Positions 1 to 10,133 of a stretch of 64,000 nucleotides of DNA are shown piece by piece. Made by a program: the position numbers and the translations under genes. Where the stretch lies: contig NC_045138.2 in NCBI RefSeq assembly GCF_008831285.2, positions 25,296,001-25,360,000 of the forward strand, in the 5' to 3' direction. The notes beneath the pieces were generated by a model, which worked only from the letters and a program-made list of their open reading frames with translations, did no database searches and was not told the origin of the DNA. The DNA comes from Nymphaea colorata. Lineage: Eukaryota. Each line of letters begins with the position of its first letter. Positions within the stretch are counted from its first letter, which is position 1.

Positions 1-110
1 GAGCCCACACGGTTTACCATTTGCTCTATTTACACGCCCAGAATCTTGCTCACAACACACCTCTCAAGACACACACTCTCACACACACACAGAAAGAGAG
101 ACAGAGAGAG

Positions 111-2812
111 ATGTCTGTGTGGGGCTTGAGGTTGCTGTGCTTTGTGACGGTTCTGGTTGGGGGATGTAAAGCAGCGAATGCAGTGGAAGAGGATCCCCGG
201 AAGACATCGGTCCCTGCGCTCTTCATCTTTGGGGACTCACTGGTGGATGTGGGCAACAACAACTTCCTGAAGCTGGCGCTCGACAAGGCCAACTTCCCCC
301 ACAACGGGATCGATTATGCAGGACAGAAAGCAACTGGCAGGTTCAGCAATGGCATGAACTCTGCAGATTTCATGGGTACTCTCTCTTTCGCTCTCATTTT
401 CATCTACTACATTTGTTTTGGTTCTGCCAGTATATTGCCTGGTTATCATTGAATTGGCATTGTAAATTTCCAAATTCCAACATCCTGTTGGAAACAGTCC
501 TTTTGAGTAATGTTTAATCAATGTTCTGCTGTCGCTCTCTCTCATTCTCTAATCTCTCTCCGTCGAAACTTTTTTGCGCTTATAGTTTCATCACTATTCA
601 AAAAGTGCGCCTTCATTTCTGAATTTTCGAAGTCTGTAACTTCACCGTCGTCCCATAGATGAAGTCAAACTCACTTGAGAAAATGACAGTATTACCTTGA
701 ACCGAATTATCAGTTTTCAGTTTCGGGTGAGTGGGAGGAAACCCACCGCCGGCCAAAGTCTTCTGGAATAAGTCAGGTGCTTTATTAATAAATATCGAAA
801 ACTTAGTCATCCTTTTTGGTTACTGCCAAGACTTCAGGTGTAGTTTAAAAAAGAAATTCATTAATTTTCAGTTGAATTTGTCACTTGTAACAGTGATAGT
901 CTAAAATATTATCCATAATTTGGATTAAAGATAATACTCATACTTCATTACTTCCAGAAGTTCGACTCTGTTGGTTTACGATATACTCACATCGGACCAG
1001 CCGTGCCACATTGTGTAATTGAGAAATCAGAGAGCAAAGGAGAGCCATCTAACTCTGTTTATTCTGCAGCTCAGAAGCTGGGTTTGGCAACCTCTCCTCC
1101 GTATCTTTCTCTAAACAATGCTAAAGGTAGTAGCTCCATCATGGGCGGCGTCAGCTTCGCATCAGGAGGAGCAGGCATACTGGATGGATCTCCAAAACCA
1201 AAAATTTTTGTATGCGTCTCATGGCCTTTGTCGTCGTCACCGCATTAACACTGGTTGCAATTTCATCTGTTGTCGAGCTCTTACGCTTAAGTAGATCGTT
1301 CCTTAGACAGTCCTGTTCTTATTGACTGCAGGAACAGACGATACCACTCAATAAACAGATTGAGTTCTACTCAACCGTCTATGGGCAGTTTGTGGAACAA
1401 CTAGGGAGCATTGAAGCCCAAAAGTATCTATCAAGATCACTGTTTGCAGTGGTTATAGGAAGTAATGACATACTGGGATACTTCAAACCTACTTCCTCAA
1501 TGAAACAAAAGTATTCTCCCCAACAATATTTAGATCTGCTGATGACCACATTGAAAGGTCAGCTTCAGGTAAATTTTCAACCAGTTAGCGCTTTAGTCTT
1601 AGTTGATTTCTGCTCAAAATAGCTCTATACATCTCGTTGGAAAGCGATTCAGAAGGTTTCAAGTTGCAGAAGGAACTTGAAATCTGGAGCCGCCCGTCTC
1701 CTGCTAAGGGGTCAATAGTAGGCAATGGTGGAGCTTCATATGGTTCAGGGTGGACTTGTGATCACCTAGTGTTGAAAATCTTGGAAGGAATGTACAGGCG
1801 GTCATGGGTGGCATTTGAACCAAGAACAGTACCGCAGTACCTCTCTAAACTTTATAACCAGTACCCCCATGGTTTATTCTGTGCCTGCTACTGAACCTGG
1901 GTGTGATGGACCAGAGGAGTCTCCGGGCTTCAATTCCAGGGAATGAACCAACTGGTTGCACAAGGTTCCTGAGATAGAGGACCACTATCAGAGCAATCTG
2001 TTGAAGCTGTGTTATCACAAAGAATCCATGACAATATGAGTAGGAATAACAGCTTTCTGCTCTGGCATGGATCCTTTGTGATACTCATAGTTTCAACAGG
2101 TTTATTTAAGTTTCCAAGTTTGCAAATTTAATGAGCCTGGCCTGTTTAGCTCTGTGAAACTAACTGGAGCTAGAGTTGGATGTCTTAGTTAGCAAGGCTT
2201 CATTTATCTAATTGTTACTGCAAAATGTTTCAGAGGATATACAATCTGGGTGCACGCAAAATAGTATCCGTTGGGGTTGGACCAATCGGATGTAGCCCTA
2301 AAATAAGAGCTAGAAATGAAACAGAAGGTTGCGATGAAGAGACAAACGACTGGTGTGCGAGGTATAATGAAGCTGTCGTGAGACTCCTGCAGAACTTGAA
2401 ATCTGAATTGAAGGACTTCAACTATTCCTTCTTTAACACTTACCTCCTTGTGCATGACTTCATCGAAAGGCCTTCTTCCCATGGTGATACACTCTATTCG
2501 TTAATTATTATTATTATTAATTCCTCTTTTGTGCTAGAATTTCGATCAACTTACTGGTTTTTCCTATTTTTATTGTGGTTTGGATTTGCAGGATTTGTGG
2601 AGGTTAAAGCTGCCTGTTGTGGGCTAGGAAAGCTGAACGCCATTTTTCCCTGCATACCGATTTCACACTATTGTGGGAATAGATCGGATCATGTATTTTG
2701 GGATTTTTATCACCCCACAGAGGCTGCTTCTCGTATGCTCGCTGATGCTGCTTTTGATGGCTCACCACCTTTTGTTTACCCCTTTAATGTAAGGAAACTT
2801 TCAGCAATGTAG
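111..2812 (+). CDS. GDSL esterase/lipase (SGNH hydrolase), secreted, ~370 aa; exons 111-375, 1070-1209, 1332-1568, 2234-2483, 2592-2812
   Basis: Signal peptide MSVWGLRLLCFVTVLVGGCKA. Block I FGDSLVDVGNN, block II GRFSNG, block III GSND and block V DFYHPTE are all present. GT-AG junctions join in frame (1113 nt), giving the typical 5-exon plant GDSL structure. From recall it resembles the At5g55050-type subgroup. Confidence 0.95.
1995..2102 (+). ncRNA. Candidate pre-miRNA-like stem-loop in GDSL intron 3
   Basis: 5' arm aatctgttgaagctgtgttatcacaaagaatccatgaca..gagtaggaa pairs with 3' arm ttctgctc-tggcatggatcctttgtgatactcatagtttcaacaggtt. About 45 bp with a 7-nt loop, two mismatches, one small internal loop and one 4-nt bulge. 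Confidence 0.55.
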
Positions 2813-4029
2813 TTCGGCATGAACTAAGAACTCAGAGAAAAGACGAAAGAAAACATTGTTATATTTAATAGAGAAGCATGCAGTTAGTACAATGTGCATC
2901 ATGTACCACCCATTCGCAGTGGCACTGTCAAAGCTTGCATTGGCAGATGAAAAGGAGAACTAAGGCCTGAATAATCCAATTCAAGACTGCATATCATCAT
3001 ATTTGTTATGGCCCAAGATTTATAGATTATTCAGTCTTCTTCAAATTTATTTGCAAATAGAATAGATGATAGGAACTAAAGTACTCGTTTACTCAATTAG
3101 GTAACCAGGTTCAAAGAACTCATGAACTGAAAAACTAAAACATAGGTTCTATAAGCAATACATCAAAGTTTTGACATTAATAGGGGGCTAATGCAGGTAA
3201 ACAAGGCCGAAAATATGAATCAGTCGCAAGATATAAATGAATATGAGAAAGCTCCCTCTTATGAGTGCAACTCTTGTTAAGACTTGGGAATATGTTGGAT
3301 ATATATACAAGTCAAACTGACAGAAACTTATATAGTTTATTGTTTAATACCTGTTAATTAATGGGCTGCTGCACTTGTCTCTGTCAGACCCTTGGCTTAT
3401 TAGATTAATCACATGAAAAATCAAAGTTTTTCGCATCATCCTATAGCTTTAGACCCTCACCAGCAGTTAATTGATCATTTGATTTGTCTTGTTTTTGCAA
3501 GTTGGGAGGTTTCTAATTTGCTTCGCCTTTTAGTTTGTGGGTAAGAACTAAAAGCTACGTACATGCATGGTTTACAACAACTTATGGGGATCAGAATCCA
3601 AGACCAGTGATGATTTTCAAAGACAACTTGATGAGCAGATACAAAAAAATGTCAGCCTCATCCATAAAATCAAAATGCCACAGTAGACGACCTCGCAAAT
3701 AATATTGAGGTACTTGTATAAATATGTATTTTAAGTATCAAACAAGGTGAACAGAGAAAAGAATAATGATCTTAACTTTCGGCGAATGTATAATTGCTGG
3801 CGCATGTATCCTCTTATAATTAGTGCCCAACATATTCCAGAAATTGGAATCCACCCTTTTAAATAATGACGCTTTTGTATTAGATCATGGCCTGATTCGG
3901 TGGCATACATGGCATGATCTTTTATTAAATTTATTTCTTTTTCCATTTTCTTTATTTTTTCTCTTTGATCTTTTATTTTTCAAAATATAAGTTTCAATTT
4001 GACCAATTCACAACCGGTTCCAGTTCATG

Positions 4030-4490
4030 CAACTAGCTAGGCTTATCGAGCTTGACCAGGCTCGTACATGTCCATTAGTCCGCTTTGATCCAGTTATAAT
4101 ATTACCTCCTCCACCCGAAGGAATTAAAGTCCCTGCAATTTCGAAGAAGGGAAAAGAAAGGTAATTAAAGAGGGTGAACGGTCATTGAACGTTCAATCTT
4201 ACATCCAATTAGCCTTCGGAACGGAAGGATAGTTCATTGGACGTTCAATCTTCATTAGAAACATCGTATTAACGCCAGTAGCTTCTCCTCTGTCTTCTGG
4301 ATTCATTGGAGAAACCATTTATTTGCTCAATGATGTGAAAATTAAGGAAGAGTAAGTGACTCTTAGAGGAGAAGACTATCCTGCACCTTTCATCCTCGAT
4401 CGCGTTCAGGATGAAGAATGCTCTTTGAAGCCCTCTTTTAATTAGGTAGACATATGATGAAAAGATTAGCTGCATTTATTATGCACCTGC
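4030..4490 (-). pseudogene. Degenerate duplicate of the last two MSH5 exons plus downstream flank
   Basis: Aligns by eye with 7530-8080. It encodes LQRAFFILNAIE versus LQRASFILNALE in MSH5. The donor GT is changed to AT, there is an internal deletion, and the last-exon copy has an insertion with a stop. Confidence 0.85.
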
Positions 4491-4844
4491 TCGTAGTCAC
4501 TATCGATGTAAGTTGACCTCTTCAAAATCATTACCTTCGAAGACAATTTGATGAAATGTCAGCCTCATCAATAAAACCAAAACGTCATATTAGACCTCTC
4601 AAACAATATTGATGTCTTTTAACATGTATAAATATGTATTTCAGGATCGAACGCAAAGAAAAGAAAAGAGAATAATGACCTTAATTTTCCGTGAGCCCGC
4701 TCAATTTCCAGACGGAGGCCTTCGCTCGCATGTGGGATGGGCTCATGGGCATGCAGGCACAAGGTTAGACGGCTGGTTGGGAAGAGAGGAAGCCGATCGA
4801 CTGAAATTAGATGGTAACCACCTTCATTGCAAAAAAATCCGTTG

Positions 4845-5138
4845 TTGAAATTGACGAGTACAGAACCATGCACCGTTTTAAAAATAAGTTTGGATAGAAC
4901 TTTAGCCGTGCACGTGTGATCTCTTCATGTCTAGCGCAAAATTGGAAGTCTGGTATTGGGCCTATGGATATGATGCGTAAACAAATAGGGCTCCGCTATT
5001 GAAATTAATGAGTACAGATTAAAAATAAGTTCTGATCAGAACTTTATCTGTGCACATGTTAGCTCTTCATTTGTAGCTCGACATTGGAATTCTGGTGTTG
5101 GATCAATGGATTTAGAGGCGTAAACAAATAAGGGCTCC
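4845..5138. repeat. Imperfect tandem duplication of ~150 bp
   Basis: ttgaaatt.a.gagtacaga...aaaaataagtt...gaacttta...gtgcac...aattggaa.tctggt.ttgg...gcgtaaacaaata.gggctcc occurs at ~4845-4993 and ~4999-5138. Confidence 0.85.
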
Positions 5139-6036
5139 TCTGCCTAATTCCCAACTTCTGGAACGATGCTCCTCTTGGCGGCCTACTAGGTAGCCCCTCC
5201 ACTCATCTCTACCTTTCTCCACTTAATTTGATGCTGGGCAAAAGGCTAATTTCTGTCACTACTCGTTCCGAACATGAGCTTAACAAGAGACCAAGAGCAA
5301 AAAGAAGACCAAACTCCAACCCATGGAGAATGCAGCTGGACTTGTTCTTAATTCAAATGCATATCTGATTGTACAATTATGTGACTAACCTGATGCATAG
5401 AGGGTATATCCAATCTAAAGCCGATTTGTTAGCATCTAAGATGAATTTCCATAGAGAGAAATAGCAGTCACCTTTTTCCATTAGTATACACGGATGTGTA
5501 TCAAGAAAAAACGTCTACTGAAAAGAGGAACCTTTTCATTTTTTACAAGCGAGATCTTTTCATCGTACTTAGAAAAATCTGACAAATCCATTGCTTAACG
5601 ATTTAAAATTAGCTTTGGAGATTAAATTTGTCAACTAACTTTTTTGAATCTCATCAGAGATAGATCAACAAAACGGCGTAAAAATATTTTTCAAATGTTA
5701 TAGATTTGCTTTCACTTACAAAATAGTTTCACCTACCTTCAAAAAAACACGTGCACTTGAAGGCAAGGAGGGATGACATAGACCTTTGTTCCAGTCGTAT
5801 CCCGTATTCTGCTACATGCCCTGATTTCATCATTGGCGTAAAAGAAATTAGAGAAAGGTAGTGTTCAGTTGCGCCGGGCAGATGCATCAGTGCATGATTG
5901 GCTACTAGCTTTCTAAAATATAAAGAACAAGAGAGAAAATTTTAGAACGCTCAAGTTCTAACTGCTTAGATTGCATAGGAAATAAGCGAATAAATGAAAG
6001 AGAGCCAAATTCAAACGTGCTTTTTATTGTTAATAG

Positions 6037-6333
6037 TTTATCCCACATGCTTCGAACGATAGTGAATGCTTGAAGATCTTGGGAAACTGCAGGAGCGCCA
6101 TCTCCGCGGAGGGAGGGAAAACAATCATATTAGACATTGTACTTGATGAGCGAAACGAATTGTTGACAAGGGTAAAGCTTGCGACAGACCTGTCGGCAAT
6201 GATGCTGACGTCTGGGAGAGGGATAACGGAGGAAGAGTCGCGAAGCCTCCTGCAAAATGCCGGGTTCAGAACTTCAGTCGATGCAAGATCACACATTATA
6301 ACCCTTCAATCCGTCATTGAAGCGTATCCATAG
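6037..6333 (+). pseudogene. Orphan terminal exon of a class II (COMT-like) SAM-dependent O-methyltransferase
   Basis: After an AG acceptor at 6035-6036 it reads FIPHASNDSECLKILGNCRSAISAEGGKTIILDIVL...DLSAMMLTSGRGITEEE...AGF...SVIEAYP*, the characteristic plant OMT C-terminus. The conserved WILHDW motif is eroded to FIPHAS and no intact upstream exons were found. Confidence 0.85.
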
Positions 6334-6990
6334 CGTTTCAGCAGAAGATATGTTGATTCTCTTTTGTGTCTTCGTATAAGCAATCCTATCATCAACTAGA
6401 TAAACATACGCCGCATTAATTTTCATTTCTTTATTACTTTTTTCATTTTTTAATTCCTTGGTTTCATATTTTTCAAAATATACGTTTCGATTTGACCTAT
6501 TTCATAAATGGCAAAGCTGGCAAGTTAACCCAAAAGATTGGGCCAATAGTCATGTTCCAAACATAACCGAGTTTCAGAAGGCTGGGGTATGGCTTGGTTG
6601 AATCAGCTCGAAATCACCTGATTTTAGGCTATTTCACGTAGCACCAGTTCTAACTATTACCCCAATATCAATAAAAAATAAATTGTGATTTTTTATTATG
6701 AATAAACTAATCGAATGCATTTTATTTATTAATTGTTATTATTTTGTAGTTGTGGTTATAAACTACAGTTATTTGACTGTGTCTACTTGGTTATACTTTT
6801 TCATCATTTTGTAATAAAAACAGATGAAAAAGTTTACAACTTCAACCGAAGAAGTTGCGGCGTCACCTTGTTGTTCCATGACCTAACTACCATACACGGT
6901 TCCAGTTCGTCCGGATCCTTCTGCCGAGTGCCGACCGGTTAGGTTGAGAAGCCAATTTTAACTTCACTCCACCACTTCATGCAACTACCA

Positions 6991-7499
6991 TGCCCTGTTT
7001 GGTTGGAGGGAAAGGGAAGGAAAGGGATGGAGGGAAAGGGAGGGAAAGGAATGGAAAGGGAAGGAAAGGGATGAAGGGAAAGGGAGGGAAAGGAATGGAA
7101 AGGGAAGGGAAGGGAAGAGAAAGGGAAGGGAATGGAATGAAATGGAAAGAGGTGATTATAAAAGCTTGTTTGGATAAAAGTGAATGGAATGGAAAGGAAA
7201 CGATACAATTTATAATAATACCCTCAATAGTCAAAAGGTTGGAAGGAAAAACGTGGAGGGGTATTGTGGGCAGTCAACACTTTTGTACTTACTCCCTTTC
7301 CTTTCCCTCCCAATCCGTCCGATTTGGGAGGGATTGAATTTACACTATACAATCCTTTCCTTTCCTTTCCCTCCCCTCCCATCCAAACAGACTTTCTCTC
7401 TTTCCCTTCCTTTCCCTCCTTTCTAATTAGCCAACCAAACACAAGAGGGATTGCTCAATCTCTCCCTTTCCCTCCCTTTCCTTCCAACCAAACAAGCCC
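6991..7499. mobile_element. Tourist/PIF-Harbinger-like MITE with purine-rich left arm and pyrimidine-rich right arm
   Basis: Termini tgccctgtttggttggagggaaaggga ... cctttccttccaaccaaacaagccc are inverted repeats of the GGGCnTGTTTGG type, followed by TTA. Internal GGGAA/TTCCC repeats and an inner inverted pair (gcttgtttggat ~7163 / atccaaacagac ~7381). Confidence 0.8.
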
Positions 7500-7763
7500 T
7501 TAGGGGTGCCTGTCTAGGAGCGCGAAAGTACGCCTAGGCTTGTGGAGCTTGAGCAGGCTCGTCTGTCCATTAGTCCACTTTCCAGTTATATTTCCTCCTC
7601 CACCCGAACGAATTAAAGTGCCTGCGATTTCGAAGGGGAAAAAAGAACCAAAAAAAAAAAAAGACTCGTACACCCAATTAACGAAAGGGTGGACGTTCAT
7701 TAGTTCAATCTTACACCCAATTAACCAACCGAACGGAAGGATATGTTAACCTCTCTCTACTGC

Positions 7764-10092
7764 CTAGATGGCAAGATCCCTCAAGAAAAGCTTCACGTCA
7801 CCCTTAGAAACATCAAATGCCAGTAGCTTCTCCGCTATCTCCTGGATTCAGTGAAGAAGCGAGTTGTTCACTCTTATGATGTGGAAAGAAAGAAGAATAG
7901 ATTCATAGAGGAGAAGATTACCCTGTACTTTTGATCCTTAGATGCTAATTTTTCGCTGCGAAGGCGGCCAATTCGTTTGTCACTCTCAAGCGCGTTCAGG
8001 ATGAAGGATGCTCTTTGAAGTACTTCCTTAGGTAACCCTGTGGGGAAAAAATTAGCCGGATTAATTATGCACCTGCCATCAGTATGAACACAAGTTGGCC
8101 TGTCCAAATGGACTGCATGAATGGCTGCAGTTGGAAATGCAGCTGGAACGCAAGTTATCCACATTTTTCTCACGATCCATGTGTGCGTGTGCATGTCTCA
8201 TGTGAAGAATAACACATTCACTGATCAGATCAACCATGGGCAATAATATCATCAATTTTCTCTTGATTTGTGGTTGTGCACCTATATAGATTAGCAACAA
8301 GCATATATAATAGTTTGTGTTGGAATCTACCAGCAAGTTCAGCACAATGCAGACCTGCAGAACCAGAAGCACGCCAAAATAAATAGGCTAGTCAAGAAAA
8401 GCTTCTTCAAAATTTTAACAATATGCAAGTGGATACCAAAGCTCAAAAGAGAACGTCCTGGGACAAGCCTGTCAAGCAGCCAAGCAGATGATTAACAGAT
8501 CACAGTGATATATTGCAGGAAGAAAACAAAATGGCCCATGCTTTCAAATAATGAAAAAAGAAAAAAGAAGCGAACTGCTAGATACCGGTACAGGAAGACA
8601 ATATCTCCTTGCTTTGCATCAATATTGGACTGTAGAACACTCGTGGTGTAGAACTTGATTTTTGCAGACTGAGAGAAGCATGCAAATCAACACAATTCAA
8701 GAAGCTAGTGGTATTGACCTTTGGTAGAATATTATCATTGAATATCTCCTAAATTCAAGAAAGTGGTACTGACCTTTGGTAGAATATCATCATTGAATAT
8801 CTCAGACAAATGTGTGCACAATAGTACCTGCAACCAATTTAATTATGTCACCTGAAAAGCTTTCAGAGTTGAAGCAAGCTGGACTGGACACAAAGATCTA
8901 ACTGATTGCTCAAACTTGTAAAGTAAAATATTCCACCCAAACATCCAAACGTTCGCACTTTACAAGAATTATACCCTGAGACAACCACAAATCCAAGGTT
9001 TAAAGAGTAAAGCAGCTTTAAAACCCAGACAATGGGTTTGAAATGACGATAGTTATGTTAAGTGTTAACCACTGATAAACATTGTTTTTTTTATAAAGCT
9101 TCAATTCTCATAAACAAAAGATCTACAACAATGGGAAAGGCAGCATTGGGCAGCCATATATAGAGAATTCCTTTCCGATGAACATCCAATATGGAACAAA
9201 AATTTATAATGATCACAAATAGAAGGCAACCATATATTGTAAAATAGATGGCCGGTTTGAAGCTAAGAAGGACAAGATATACCCAACCTTGGGAGGATGA
9301 TGCTGAGCATCAAAATGATGTATTGTTCCACCTAGGAGACCAATACCATCTAACAATTCATGAAACAAAAAATGTTAGGGAACGTGAATGCTTTCACATT
9401 GATAGTGAATCAGCAAAAACGAGGTCCAGAAGAGTAAAATTTGTTGGGACCATGTTTACCTTCAGTGAGGGTTCCTTTACCAAATTCATCTATCAAACAT
9501 AGAGATTTTTTCGTGGCATGCCTGGAAGCCCATTTTAACAAAATAAGCATGCACAAACAAGGTAAGGCAAAAACAGATATGGAAAGATTATTCTCTGTAC
9601 CTTAGCATTGTTCCAATTTGATGCAGATCAATCATAAAAGTTGACTGTTTACAGGATAGAACTTTGCTCCCCATTGCACAAAATATCCTGCAAAAAGCTA
9701 AAAGGTCGTATTTGTATTGCCTGTTGAAGAAGCATTGAGGAGTAAAAGCCAATTGCTTTTGATTTCAACAAAGGAACCTATCAGTGAGTCCAATTTTTGC
9801 AGCCTCTGCTGGCACAAAACTTCCAATGTGAGAAAGAAATACAATAAGTGCAACCTGAAAGGCAAAATTAATACAAAAGTTTACCACTTCTAATGCTACC
9901 ATGAAAACTAAGCATGAATGTAACAAATTAGATTTCACTATCATTTAATCTAGAAAATTGTGAAAGGAAAGTCAATCAAGACAGTTAGTACCATTTACCA
10001 GAACTAAATAAGTTTAAAATATACTGACATACAGATAGATACATACATGATACATATATACATACACACACACACACACACATATATGTGTA

Positions 10093-10133
<41 letters not shown>

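Noticed and set aside
1900..1972. Possible C/D-box snoRNA (gtgatgg...ctga) upstream of the intronic hairpin
   Set aside because: The C box is imperfect, there is no terminal stem, and I see no recognisable rRNA antisense element.
6939..7503. Several overlapping low-complexity ORFs (PFP/GKG-rich)
   Set aside because: Translations of the MITE's GGGAA/TTCCC repeats.
8350..8436. Third GTATCC-starting MSH5 intron
   Set aside because: Its 3' end has a normal pyrimidine-rich tgcag acceptor, so it is most likely U2-type.
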